A stretch of 64,000 nt of DNA from Octopus sinensis (GCF_006345805.1 NC_043004.1:106578001-106642000), one strand, 5' to 3'. Counted from the first letter of the stretch, positions 36,938-51,487 are shown. The notes: generated by a model not told the origin, from the sequence alone. Made by a program: numbers and translations.

Positions 36938-38220
36938 TTGGGTTGTCCGAAGTTTGTGCCAATTTTTAAAGGGAAGAAAAAGGTCAATAAATACTTGCCA
37001 TTACATTTTTAATCTACCAAATATGAACCATTTTGTTGTACAATGCGTCTCCATCTTTGCTTTAACTTGAAAATACGCTCTTCCCAGAATTGAGGTGGTT
37101 TCATGGCAAAGAACTCATCAAGGTATCTTTTTACATCATCCAAGGAATTGAAATTTTTACCATTAAGACTTTTCTGCAGAGACCTGAACAAGTGGAAATC
37201 CGAAGGAGCAATATCTGGTGAATATGGAGGCTGGGGGTAACACATCCCAGCCGAGCTGCAGCAATTTTTATCTGGTTCCCAAAGAAACGTGCGCTCTTGT
37301 GTTATCATGTTGGAAACCAACACCCTTCCTGTTGGCCAATTCTGGACGTTTCTCTTGAATTGCTGCTTTTAACTCGTCCAGTTGAGTGCAGTATTTCTCA
37401 GAATTAGTTGTCTGGTTACATGGGAGAATTCATAGTACAGAATTCCTTTCCAATCCTCCACAGACACAGAGCAAGACATTTTTTAGGGTGAAGACTCGCT
37501 TTTGGGGTGGTTAAGGGTGGCTCATGTCGCTTACTCCAGGATCGCTTTCTCTGAATATTTCGGTAGATAATCCATTTCTCATCACCTGTCACAATTTGCT
37601 TTTAAAAAGGTGTGTTTTCATTCCGTTTATAAAGCGAATCACAGATGGAAATGCGATCCAAAAGGTTCTTCTCACTTGACTCATGTGATACCCAAACATC
37701 GTAGCGATTACTGTACCCAAGCTTTACCAGGTGCTCATGAACGACGGATTTTGATAGGTTGAGGCTTTCTGCCAGTTCTCGGGATGTGCAATGTGGGTTA
37801 TTCTCAATTAATGACTTGATTTGGTCATCATCTGTAGTAGATGGTCTGCCTGATCGCTCTTTGTCAATAAGGCTACAATCTCCAGCCTGGAACCTTGCGA
37901 ACCACTTCCGTACAGTTCTTTCGGATAAAGAAACATCACCGTAAACTGCGCATATTTCTTTGGTTGCTTGTGAGGCATTTTCCCTTTACGGAAAAAGAAA
38001 AGCATCAAGTATTGAAAATGAACTTTCTTATCTTCCATTTTAAAGGGTTACAGAATTAACACAGGTTATAGGAAGGTAAACCTTCTTCCACGAAAAGATA
38101 GCTTAAACTGTGCTCTAAATGGAGGTGTAGTCAAATCCTATTTTATGGACTCAACCATGTTATAAAATAAGTCGAAAGGTAAGCTACTATAAATCGGCAC
38201 AAACTTTCCGGACAACCCAA
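36938..38220 (-). mobile_element. Full-length decayed mariner (DD34D-type) transposon
   Basis: TIRs ttgggttgtccgaagtttgtgcc / ggcacaaactttccggacaacccaa, TA TSDs, 1283 bp. Peptides MEDKKVHF..MLFFFRKG and PPYSPDIAPSDFHLFRSLQ. Frameshifted. Confidence 0.92.
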
Positions 38221-38510
38221 TAATATAGTTTTCGTTTTCTGCCTCATATATTTTTCGTAGTTTATGTTTTTGATGCCCTCTGCATTTAATATCCAATTAA
38301 TTATTTATTCTTGCATTTTTTTCTTTTTTGTATTCATGTATCAATATCAATGGCGCCAGGGAACCTGGCTTGAGCAATAGCAGCGCAATCTCCATTAGCC
38401 ATCTTGAACTTCTATTCGATTACCTATGCACAGCGAGCTACGTTCGTTTCACGAGCCCAATCAAACTTTTATTAAATAACACACACACACACACACACAT
38501 ATATAGATAG

Positions 38511-38558
<48 letters not shown>

Positions 38559-38892
38559 GTCCTGGGGTAGATTTGCTCGACTAAAGGCGGTGCTCCAGCA
38601 TGGCTACAGTATGTATGTTTATATTCTTTGTAAGCCTAGTACTTATTCTATCGGTCTCTAAGTTACGGGGACGTAAACACACCAGCATCGGTTGTCAAGC
38701 GATGTTGGGGTGGGGGACAAACAGACACACACATACACACATATATATATGTATATATACGACGGGCTTCTTTCCATTTTGGTCGGCCAGAGGCTATAGT
38801 AGAAGACACTTGGCCAAGGTGCCACGCAGTGGGACAGAACCTGAAACCATGTGGTTCGTAAGCAAGCTACTTACAACACAGCCACTCCTACG

Positions 38893-38944
<52 letters not shown>

Positions 38945-39603
38945 GTTAGAAAACATACATACACACACACACACGCACTCACACGCACATTACAAATATA
39001 CAATATTGTACATTCTTATCGGTGAATCCCAGAAGCCATTGTGTCGTCAGAGTTCTGCGGAAGTCTTCGTCTACTTGTTGTCGTACTTGCAAGATAAGCC
39101 AACATGGCGGAGGGCATAAGCTTTCAAACAAACATGCGCGCATAATCGACTTCAAATTGGCTGCCAAATAACCCTTAAATAACATCCTGTCTTAAACAAG
39201 GACACGTTACCTTTTGCCCTTCACTTGTTTCAGTCATTAGGCTGTAGTCATGCTGGAGCACCGCCTAGAAGAGTTTAGTTGAACATATAGTCCCCTGTGT
39301 ACTCTTTTACTCTTTTACTTGTTTCAGTCATTTGACTGTGGCCATGCTGGAGCACCGCCTTTAGTCGAGCAAATCGACCCCAGGACTTATTCTTTGTAAT
39401 GAGATTAGTTTGATTTGCATCGCTCCGAGGGTCGATAAAATAAGTACAATTAAAATAAAACCGGTACTGGTTTGCTAGAATCGTTAGAACGTCGAATAGA
39501 ATTCCTGCAGACATTTATTTAATGTAGACGTAGACAAACCAACACCGGTCGTCAAGCGATGGTGAGGACAAAGATAACCACAAAGACACTCTTTCTCTCT
39601 CTA

Positions 39604-39635
<32 letters not shown>

Positions 39636-40422
39636 CTGTATGTGTACGCCGGGCTTCCACAGTTTACGTCCACCAAATTCACTCGTAATGCAGTGGTCGG
39701 CTCGGAGTTAAGGAAGAGACCTGCCCAAGGTACTGGACGTGAAACCGCCAACCATCTTTCTACTCTCTTCACCCCCTCCCCCAAATCGAGGCCTTATGCT
39801 CATTTAGCAATGAGTAATAGATGTCGCTATAAGCAACCGGGCAAAGGACAAGCGTTTGATCATTTTTAATCTAGTAACAACGCCATGCAACCAGAAAGTG
39901 TCTGCGTGCGTGCGTGCGTGTGTGCGTGCGTGCGTGCGTGTGTGCGTGCGTGCGTGCGTGTGTGCGTGCGTGCGTGCGTGCGTGTGTGTTTGTGTGTATG
40001 TGTGTGCACGTGCGTGTGGACGGGTGGTCATTGTAGACTTAGTCTATTTCTCCACCTCTGTCACTTGAGTTGTACTTTATTTTATCGACCCAGGGAGGAG
40101 AGAAAAAGTAGAGTTGACTTTGGTTTAATTTGAACTCAGAATATCTCAAAGGTCTTAACTAAATTGCTGCCCAATATTTTCCTGAAGCTCTACCGATTTT
40201 ACCTGTTCATATAATTAATCGTCATTACGAGTCAACGCTGATAGCGTCCACTTGATCGTTTGGCGTGCTAGAAATAGCAACTTAATCACCTTTAAATCAC
40301 ACTTTACCATCTGAATTGAGGAAAGGCTATATTATATAATGTAGTCATAGATACTGTTATATAACAGAATGGTCGCGAATGGAATTCCTTTGATCATAAA
40401 TCTGCTTGATCACAGCTGTGTC

Positions 40423-40476
<54 letters not shown>

Positions 40477-41060
40477 CAGCAGCAACATGGCTCCTGCGTT
40501 GTGACAGTGCGTCGCTGCATCCGCCACTTAGTAGTTACCTACTAGTCACCTGGCGGGTGAGGCCCCTGCACCACTTAGGTGATAACCTTTCAACCCATGG
40601 GTCTGTTTGGGTAGACGTTGCTAATGAGGATTTTTTGAGATCGGAGTGCAAGTCCTGCTCCAACCTCTTTTCGTCACCTTTTATAACAGACAGAGGTATA
40701 CGTCGAGCCTATTCTTGCATGCGCTGGTCCCTATACAGCACTAGAGCAAAGTAAAATGAAGTGCATTACTTAAGAACACAACACGCTGCCCGGTACGGGA
40801 ATCGACCCTACAATCTGCCGATCGCCAAGGAAACAACCTAATGACTAGGCCATGCGTCTTTAAGTGTCACGCGCGCGTGTGGTTCTCCGTCGTTCGACGA
40901 TGATGATTCTGTTGTTCGCTTAAATGAATTATCTCCTGAATTAATGTGTAAATGGGTGAGCATTCTACAGACATGTGTACTCTTACTGTAGTTCTCTAGC
41001 GCGTGTACGCGCACACACACACAGACACACACACACATGCATATACATATACATATACAG

Positions 41061-41107
<47 letters not shown>

Positions 41108-41108
41108 G

Positions 41109-41386
41109 TTGCAGCATGGAAGGTGTTTATAAGCCATTTAAGAAACACACAAAAAGCGTTAGATTCACTTCAACATTTGAATTTGATTTGCCAAAATATT
41201 TTCGTCGTTTTGAGACTGCGAGCTGTTCACTGACAAAATTTTGTGCTGCACATAATTTTGTCAGGGAACAGGTCGCAGTCTCAAAGCGACGAAAATATTT
41301 TGGCAAATTAAATTTAAATGTTGAAGTGAATCTAACTGTTTTCGTGAATGTTTTTAAATGGGTTATAAACACCTTCCACGCTGCAA
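41109..41386. mobile_element. Near-perfect palindromic MITE (278 bp)
   Basis: ttgcagcatggaaggtgtttataa / ttataaacaccttccacgctgcaa. Pairing continues to a 1-nt loop (tgtgc-t-gcaca). Confidence 0.85.
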
Positions 41387-41449
41387 TAGTCTTTTGTTTC
41401 AGCACACGATCACAGATCAGGTCACTTGCTATGCAAGTACATCTCCGTA

Positions 41450-41526
<77 letters not shown>

Positions 41527-41695
41527 TATATATCGTCAATGTATCATGTATCCGAAAAAGCGTAGAGAAGTAATGTATTAAAAGTAATTACGTTTATGTC
41601 CGGTTGTAGAGTGACCAATGGTTTCACATCCACAAAGGCCTTAACTTCACGCATGTCTTTAGGTTTGAGAGGCTGACGAGACTCTATGACAGGAC

Positions 41696-42256
<561 letters not shown>

Positions 42257-42258
<2 letters not shown>

Positions 42259-42445
42259 CCTCGTGTGTACCGTTGGCGATTTTTTTTCCCTTCTCTGGAT
42301 CTTTCCTTCTCCTATGTTTCCGACGAAGAGCTCCGCTCGAAACGTTAAACCCTCCTTCTTTCTTTCTTTCCTGAGCATCCAATAACACTATATTTGTTCC
42401 ACGTCCTCGCGTTGTGTTTTTTTTGTGTTTTCTTCTTTGGATTAA
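42257..42445 (+). mobile_element. Short Penelope-like 3' end in (TA)n with HHR-like motif; second copy at 62085-62223
   Basis: Both copies end at ggattaac immediately before (TA)n and have different 5' truncation points. Motif gttt-CCGA(C/T)GA-a-gagc tcc gctc-GAAA-cg-UU-aaac. Confidence 0.6.
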
Positions 42446-42447
42446 CT

Positions 42448-42569
<122 letters not shown>

Positions 42570-43014
42570 CATAATTGGATGTCCTTTGATTCTCCTGAGT
42601 TCATCCAACCTTTGAAAGATTTTGTTTTGTTCTCATCCCACGGGGTGTCCAAAAACAATGCTACTCACCCAGTAAGCTTGGTGATCCTGCTGGTTTAGTC
42701 ACCTTCAGTTCGACCGTGCAACAGGCTGTACTGGGTTAACATGTTCCACTCAAACGGTATCAGTCAAACCGAAACTGTTGTAGAAGTTATCTCTGGGGCG
42801 AAACTAAATAGCCATATCGCCCAGCGGCTATCACCTTACGCAATAGTTTATAAGGATTTCTGACATAAACACCCAAACGTCGCTCTAAATAGGACAATTT
42901 ATTTTAATTACAGTTCTTGGAATTTGGAGAAGTGTCCCAGAGTATTACATCGTCTCTAGTGCTCAAACCCTGCTTATTTTATCGACCTCGGCCTAGAGTA
43001 GATTATTATTAGTA

Positions 43015-43422
43015 GCGCTGGCAGAAACGTTAGAGCGCCGGGCGAAATGCTTAGCGGTATTTCGTCTGCCGTTACGTTCTGAGTTCAAATTCCGCAGATG
43101 TTGACTTTGCCTTTCATCCTTTCGGATTCGATAAATAAAGTACCAGTTACGCACCGGGGTCGTAATATAATCGACTTAATCCGTTTGTCTGTCCTTGTTT
43201 GTTCTCTCTGTGTTTAGCCCCTTGTGGGTAGTAAAGAAATAGGTATTTCGTCTGCCGTTACGTTCTGAGTTCAAATACCGCCGAGGTTGACTTTGCCTTT
43301 CATCCTTTCGGATTCGATAAATAAAGTACCAGTTACGCACTGGGTCGATGTAATCGACTTAATCCCTTGGTCTCTCCTTGTTTGTCCCTTCTATGTTTAG
43401 CCCCTTGTGGGTAGTAAAGAAA
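43015..43422 (+). mobile_element. SINE-B with internal tandem duplication (~180 bp)
   Basis: cggtatttcgtctgccgttacgttctgag..gtaaagaaata occurs twice. Confidence 0.75.
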
Positions 43423-43434
43423 TATATACTACAG

Positions 43435-43470
<36 letters not shown>

Positions 43471-46344
43471 ATGTAGGTTAATGTCGAGCGAATGAGAAAG
43501 GAGTGCTCAATAGATATTCTAACAGGATGTGAAACCTGAGTCGCGACACAAACTCTCAGTTTCAGTTTTAATAAAAGAAAACTGTGTGAGAGAGAGAGAG
43601 AGAGAGAGAGAGCAAGGAAGAGGGAGAGAGAGAAAAAGAAAGAGAGAATTTGCATGTGCGTGCGTGTGTGTGTGTGTGTGTGTGTGCGCGTGCGTGCGTG
43701 CGTGTGTGCATGTAGGAAGAGGGATCAGAACCTACGTAACGAACGCCACTCAGGCAAAGGTGGTTGTGATATTATTAGAGGAAGATTTGGTTACTTCTTA
43801 TTCTATCGATTTCTTTTACCGAATCGTTAAGTTATGGGAACGTAAACGAACCAACAACGGTTGTCAAACAGTGGGAGTACAAACACACGCGCACTTCCAA
43901 CACACACACACACACACACATACACGATGAGCTTCCCCACAGATTCCGTCTACCAAATTCATTCACAAAGCATTGGTCGGGCCAGAGGTATAGTAAAAAA
44001 ACAAAAAAAAAACACTTGCCGAACGATGCCACCCAGTGGAACTGAACCCGAAACCACATGCTTGTAATGTGAGCTTCATAACCACACGCAGGCCCGTCAC
44101 CAGACTCTGGTGCCTGGGATTGCTGCAGAATATTCTGGTTGGGCACTAATTTGTAATAATGGAGTTTCGAAATAGGGTGTCATTGTAAAACTGAGGGTGC
44201 ACCATTGAAGAGAGAGGGGTCAGTGTCGTCCGGTGCACCCCATTAGCGACGGACAAGACCCACACGGTCATATTTTGGTAAAATAGAGACAATAAATAAA
44301 TTCCATCCTACTCACCTTCTCACGGCTGTGGGTCTCCGTCCGTCCGTTCTTCTCCTTCGTTTTGCATTGCGTTGAGTCACAGATTACTGGGTTCTTGGGG
44401 TCCTTAGTGGATTTCAACCAGCGTGGCTAAGGGTCTGTGCTGGATCACAGCCTCTCTCTCTCTCTCTCTATCCCTCTCTCTCTCTCTCTCTGCGCGTGTG
44501 TGTGTGTGTGTGTGTGTGTGCTTGCTTGCGTACACGTGTATTTGTATGTATTGTGTATACGTTTGTACTTATTCACGTATGAATGTAGGTACATATCTGA
44601 GCATGTATGTTTGTAGGTATATACGCATGTATGTATGTATTTGCGCGCGTGTGTGTGTTTGTGTGTATGTGTGTGTGTATGTGTGTGTGTGTTTGTGTGT
44701 ATGTGTTTGTATTTATGTATCGATGCACACACACACACACACATACACATTCAGAGAGAGAGAGAGAGAGAAAGAAATATACACACACACACATACACAC
44801 ACACATACACACACATACATACACATACACACACACACATGTATGTATATGAGTGTCCGTGTGTATCTATAAGTATAACTATGTTTGTGTGTAGGTAAGA
44901 CAAAAGCTGTTTCCCTTACAAGTGTCCTAACGGTTCTCTCCAGATCCCTTGTTTATCGAATTCTACTTCGAGTGTACAACAAATGACCGGCAGACATGAA
45001 CGGCTAAAAGGCAAAACTCCAAATAAATAAGTTACGAAAAGATAGCATTATCTTATGCTATTCTGAATTACCTGTTAGGGTATTAGCCTCATTGCCATAC
45101 GGGATGACAATAGGAAGAGGGTGGGGACTGTCCACCACCACACCCACCTCCTTAATCTATCTTAATAAGTGATCACTTCAGTAAGTTAGGGAGTGTCTGA
45201 GTTTCACTAGCCACGCCTCTATGTTATAAGAAAGTAAGCAAGCAACCAGCCAATCACGTCCTTAATATCGCTATGAACACACCTTTAATATTACGGATGC
45301 CACACCTTTTCGGTAATGCTACTCCCCTCCCACCTTTTTAGTCTTCAGAAAAATTCTCTTGAATCTGTGTGTGTGTGTATGTGTGTGCGTGCGCGCGTGT
45401 AGAAGTTTGCAGATTGCACCCGGATTACAGAGTTGGGGTAGCCAAGTGTCAGTGAGTCGTGAGAGATTAATCTTTGGTCTTTAGTCATCAGAACCAATAC
45501 GTAAATATTGATCTGAATAGGGGTGGGGGAGCCACAATGTGACAAGCGGATGAGGGACTGATAGTCGAAGTGGGAGTTTCTACTGATTTTTCGACTTGGG
45601 TACATAAAATAGAAGGAAGTCTATTTGAATTGAGAGCCCCAACACCTGTATTCTCAGTAGCCAAATCCACCCAGGTATTCTTTAAACCTAGATTGACCCA
45701 TGGTCGAGCAGACAGAACGATGATCAAGGATTTTCTATTCACTCTGACCACCGTCTTACTGTAAGTATAGGACTCCATCATACAATCTGAATGTATGCTC
45801 TTTTTTTTCTTTCTTGGAGAGCTAGGGTGCTACATGGGAGGTTTTTAGTTGCTATTTCTAGCAGGTGGAGCGACTAAGGAGAACTTTACTTGTTGGTTTC
45901 ATTATTGTTTAGTCCCGGGTCGGTTTATATCGAAAAAAAAAACAACTTATGATCAAAATACTAGCGTAAATAAGAGGGGACGAGGGTGAGGTAAGAGGGA
46001 GCTCCATCTTTGGTGATATTTGTGGATCTGCTGTGTATAAACTGGGGACTGGAGGTGGGAGTAAAGGCGCAAACTGAAGGGCTGCCCCGAGTGTCACACT
46101 CTAACTACACCACTGCATAAAAAGCATTCTAGCAGTGACCGTCCCATCTGTTATTTATTTTCATGCATTAACTAATAAAGTGATTTTCATGTGCCACGCC
46201 TTCAGGCGTTGGCAGTGGTGGATCTCCCCGATCTTCTGTCCCACCCACGAATTTGCAAAGTTCTGAAGACAAACTGATAAAACCGACCATCAAATGTTTT
46301 CCAGCTGTCTTTCCGGTTTCTTCTTCCTTCTAGTTTTCCAACAC

Positions 46345-46436
<92 letters not shown>

Positions 46437-46493
46437 TAAGCATCCGCACAGTTTCCATCTACCAAATTTACTCACAGGGCATTGGTCGGGCCC

Positions 46494-47045
46494 AGAGGCG
46501 AAATTTTTTTTTCCCACGTGAGTTGCAGACCCCAGTAATGAACTCATTTGCATGCAACCAAGCAGAGCTCACCTTGACCTTGTCAAGTTAACAAACACAC
46601 TCTACTAGTAAACTCAGGACGAAGAACGGTGTTGTAAGTCGACCGATCGCCAAGTTATGCCTGATTTTAGAAGGAGACAAGTAATTAGACAGATTTGAAT
46701 CTATACCGGATTTTGTTAGGGCCCCATACGGTAAAGATGCGGATGAAGAAAATGTGGGTAGAGGGTGATATCCTGGCAACCCCTCTTCCCTTACTGTTTT
46801 ACAAAGTAAACAACAACACAGATAACTACGCAGAGGCAGCCATGGTTGGAACAAGAACAAGAACAACGAGCATTATTAAAAGAGAAATGAAATATGGTCA
46901 TTCCTGACCCAAGTGACCTTACCTTATCGTCCCTCACATGTTATGCGCTCATAAATCAGCTTGATAGTTTAGCTCTGATCGGCTGTATGCAAATGAGTTC
47001 ATAACTGGGGTCCGGAACTCTCGTGGGAAAAAAATTTCGCTGACC
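46494..47045. mobile_element. Non-autonomous hAT-like element with ~80-bp subterminal inverted repeats
   Basis: gcgaaattttttttcccacg..aatgaactcatttgcat / atgcaaatgagttcat..cgtgggaaaaaaatttcgc. A partial second copy at 49202-49598 ends in cagccctg. Confidence 0.65.
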
Positions 47046-47530
47046 CGGAGCTGAAGCTGGAAGACATTTTTCCCAATATGCCAACTGAATTTGGAACCAC
47101 GTACGTAGTTCTAAAACGAGTTTCTCAACCACTCAGCTATGCTTGCGCCTTATTGGTAATATTTCAAATCGGTTGCGAATATATCAGAAATGTCTTATAA
47201 ACAGACATTTAGGTCTACGAGGGAAAGTTGTTCGATAACCCCGAGAGCCAAGAGAAATTTAGGAAAAATGCCAGGACGTAACTTATTGTAGAATATCATT
47301 TATGCAAGTGTATACATGCCTGACAACTTTGATACTCGAGTATTGCTATAGAGAGTGAATCAGTATGTCAAGAGCTGTGTTTTTTTTTCTTTTTTGTAAA
47401 CTTGACTCGGGGTTCTCTTTTTGTAAATGTTCCACTTGATTAGAATGTCGATTCAGAATATAACAACATAGTTTACCTTTGTAACTAATACAGGTGTGAT
47501 ATGTTTTGTAGGACGTCTTTTCATCTCTTC

Positions 47531-47774
47531 TACTCTTTTACTCTTTTACTTGTTTCAGTCATTTGACTGTGGTCATGCTGGAGCACCGCCTTTAGTCGAT
47601 CAAATCGACCTGAGGACTTATTCTTTGTAAGCCTAGTACTTATTCTATCGGTCTCTTTTTGCCGAACCGCTAAGTTACGGGGACGTAAACACACCAGCAT
47701 CGGTTGTCAAGCGATGTTGGTGGGGAGAAACACAGACATATATATATGTATATATATATATATTATATATATAT

Positions 47775-47831
<57 letters not shown>

Positions 47832-48005
47832 CATATATATATACATACTTACATACATATATATGACGGGCTTCTTTTAGTTTCCGTCTACCAAATCCAC
47901 TCACAAGGCTTTGGTCGGCCCGAGGCTATAGTAGAAGACACTTGCCCAAGGTGCCACGCAGTGGGACTGAACCCGGAATCATGTGGTTCGTAAGCGAGCT
48001 ACTTC
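47531..48005 (-). mobile_element. SINE family A
   Basis: High similarity to the 17176-17595 copy. Confidence 0.85.
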
Positions 48006-48203
48006 CTTATATTGAATATATATATATACATACAGGAGTTAAGAATGTAGTAGATAAGATCCGGGCTATATATGTTTCATAGCGAGCGGAACCTCGGAAG
48101 TGATGAATATCCAGGCGGGCTGTGTATACCGCAGGCTACTCTTCTGTATGTTAACATGTACATCCTTGCGACAATGTAATCATCAATTAATCCAGATACC
48201 CTT

Positions 48204-48287
48204 GGCCTGACGAGTAGCCTCTGGTGTACACCTCGCTTCGATAATTACCCCGTCTGAGGTTCCATTTACTATGAAACATATGTTGCC
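48204..48287 (+). ncRNA. Type I hammerhead ribozyme motif
   Basis: ggc-CUGACGA(48207-13)-gtag..ctat-GAAA(48273-76)-catat-GUU(48282-84)-gcc. Same ACAUAUGU stem III palindrome as at 28081. Stem I is only 3 bp. Confidence 0.6.
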
Positions 48288-48533
48288 CGGATGTTATCTA
48301 TTCCATTCCTCAACTCCTGTATTCTTATTTGTATTCCCGGCAACCCTGGTTGCCTACCGTGAAATATAAAAAAAAACAATTGCAGGTTATCAGACTTCGA
48401 TATGAAAACATTCACCCTCCGACTCAATAAACCACTTTCGTTCCTGAAAGTCATTTTTAAAAAAATATTTACTACGGATTGCTTGAAGCTAAGTTTCTTC
48501 CTACACCAGATCCTTGGATCGTACATTTATATA

Positions 48534-49201
48534 CAGGATGCGTAAGATATTTTGGGGTTGTTGCTGCATTTTTTGCTAATTCTGTATAATCTTTGCTCCA
48601 GAAAATAATAATGGCAGAACCTCAGCTTACCCAAGAAATGAAGAGGTATGCTGTTATTGTGGTTATAAAGGCTGAGATTAGTGATTTGGAAATACTTCGA
48701 GTTTTAAAAGTTGCCAGATTTTTCGTCTACAAAGTTTGTAAGGAGCGAGAGACTGAAGATGGAAACATATCACCAATATCAAAGCATAAAAAGCATTCTA
48801 AACGCTCTGAAACCATCAGAACACCTGAATTTATCCAGCTAGCTCAACAGACCATTGATTACAATCCCAGAAATTCCATGAGGTAACTTGCAAAAGATCT
48901 CTATGTGTCGGAAGGAACAGTAGGAAATGTTGTCCATGAAGACATCAGGTATAAGTCTTATATAATGAGGAAGGGTCAATTTGTCTCAAAAAGCAAAAGA
49001 AAATCACTATATCAGATCTAAAAGGCTCTTAAACAAACTGAAAAAATCCAGCAGAAGATTTGATGATTTGGTTTTTCTCAAACGAGAAAAACTTCGACCA
49101 ATATCAAAAAGTTAACAGAAGAAATGACAGATATTTATGTGCAGACCCTTCTGATGTTCCAAGTGTTATGCTTATAAAATTTCCTGCAACTGTCACGGTT
49201 C
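48534..49201 (+). mobile_element. Tc1/mariner (maT/Bmmar1-like) transposon, 5' half
   Basis: TA-cagg terminus. ATG at 48611, HTH region, then FFSNEKNFDQYQKVNRRNDR..VP.VM..KFPATV. Contains a stop and frameshifts and is truncated at 49201. Confidence 0.75.
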
Positions 49202-50192
49202 TGCCTGATTTTGGAAGGAGACAAGTAATTGGATAGATTTGCATCTATACCTATTATCGGATTTTGTTAGGGCCCCATACGATAAAGATGCGGATGGGAA
49301 AAATGTGGGTAGAGGGTGATGTGCTAGCAACCCTCTTCCCTTACTGTTTTACAAAGTAAACAACAATACAAATAACTACGCAGAGGCAGCCATGGTTGAA
49401 ACAAGAAGAAGAACAACGAGCATTATTAAAAGAGAAATGAAACATGGTCATTCCTTACCCAAGTGACCTTACCTTATCGTCCCTCACATGTTATGCGCTC
49501 ATAAATCAGTTTGATAGTTGAGCTCTGATTGGCTGTATGCAAAAGAGTTCATAACTGGGGTCCGGAACTCTCGTGGAAAAAAAATTTCGCCAGCCCTGGT
49601 GTTGATGAAATAGCAAAAACTCCCGAAATATAGTATATACACCAATCACCCATTGTTTAAATCTTGGATCTCATCGTTTACATCTGCCGTCTCAGATACG
49701 AAACGTGGTAACAATATCAGAGGCTGGCTATAATTTCTATGGACTTAAACGCACTGCTAACACAATAGTACACGCTATTGACTTACAAAATCGTTTGATA
49801 TATTTTGTTGTATATTATGGTTGCATAACAAAATGCCGTGTCCCTACAAGTCATTAGTGACAATCTTCTGTTGCCTGCTGGACTGCAGCTAAGCTCAAAT
49901 TGATCATTTCTTTGTCATGTTCATTCATTTTTTTGCCCCAAAATCAAATTATCATTTGACTATCCACCAGAAATTTTGAGGAGGAGGGAATAATCGATAT
50001 CATCGGTACCAATAACTGACTAGTACTTTATATTATTGACCCCCGGAAAGATGAAATGCATAGTTAATATCTGCAGGATTTGAACTCAGAACATTATGAG
50101 CCATGTTCGCCGCCTTCTGCTCAGTACGTTAATGAGAAATTTTTAAAAGCTCATGCAAAAACTGTCGCAGCGAATGAAGTTGAATTTTAAAT

Positions 50193-50745
50193 ATATTCTT
50201 TTCTACTCTAGGCACAAGGCCCGAAATTTTGGAGGCGGGGGCCAGTCGATTAGATTGACTCCTGTACGCAACTGGTACTTAATTTATCGACCCTGAAAGG
50301 ATGAAAGGAAAAGTCAAACTCGGTGGAATTTGGACTCAGAACGTAACTGCAGACGAAATACTTATTTGTTTACTACCCACAAGGGGCTAAACACAGAGAG
50401 GACAAACAAGGACAGACAAACGGATTAAGTCGATTACATCGACCCCAGTGCGTAACTGGTACTTATTTAATCGACCCCGAAAGGATGAAAGGCAAAGTCG
50501 ACCTCGGCGGAATTTGAACTCACAACGTAACGACAGACGAAATACTGCAATGTATTTCGCCCGGCGTGCTAACTTTTCTGCTTAAAATAATCTTTTCTAT
50601 TCTAGGCACCAGGCCCGAAATTTTGAGGGAGGGGCTGGTAGTCGATTAGATCGACCCAGTACACAACTGGTACTTAATTTATCGACCCCGAAAGGATGAA
50701 AGGCAAAGTCGACCTCGGCGGAATTTGAACTCAGAACGTAAAGAA
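50193..50745 (-). mobile_element. Head-to-tail cluster of SINE-B copies
   Basis: Three ttaatcgacccc/tgaaaggatgaaagg..gaatttgaactc blocks. Confidence 0.75.
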
Positions 50746-50765
50746 TTTTAAATATATTGAATGTA

Positions 50766-51280
50766 CCGTAAATCCTCGAGTATAATCCGCATTTTTTTCC
50801 CAAAATTTAAAGGTCAAAATCCCTACTGCGTATTATACACGAGGTTAAAAATGAAAATTATTTTCTAAGCAATGTCCGAGTCTCTATTTGCTGTCCGGCA
50901 ATGTTTATTCAGACACATTTTGTGATGTCAGGTGCGAAAATACCTTAAGCTAAGCCTGAAAGCAATGAAGTCATAAAAGAATCATCCATAACTTGCAATA
51001 AGCAACATTTATTAAACGGTATTACTGTTATTTCTTTATTTTCTGCAAACAAAATGCACAGAAAGGCTACACGTTTGCATTTTGTTATATATACATTAAT
51101 AATAATAAAGGACGTTACCGTATACAGTTTTACAAACCAAGGACGTTATATAGACCTCCTTGACTCAAGTTAAAGAAAGGTTGCGTATTATACACAAGGT
51201 TTAGGTTTTTCAGAGGTACAGTCCCCTAAAAATCCCTGCGTATTTATACTCAATGGCGGACTATACTCGAGGATTTACGG
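50766..51280. mobile_element. pogo/Tc1-type MITE
   Basis: TA|ccgtaaatcctcgagtata ... tatactcgaggatttacgg|TA, with tgcgtattatac subrepeats. Confidence 0.85.
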
Positions 51281-51383
51281 TATTTAGGTGACAGGGCTGC
51301 TGTTAATGTAACTGGGGTTTTTTGTGTTTTTTTTTTTGGGTGACTGAAACAGAATTTATAACAAAGATAGGTGTGGGTGTTTA

Positions 51384-51487
<104 letters not shown>

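Noticed and set aside
41455-41532. Apparently symmetric TT/AA interruptions in (TA)n tracts suggesting hairpin-templated mutation
   Set aside because: Symmetry is not consistent across tracts (for example 63350-63412) and could be sequencing error.
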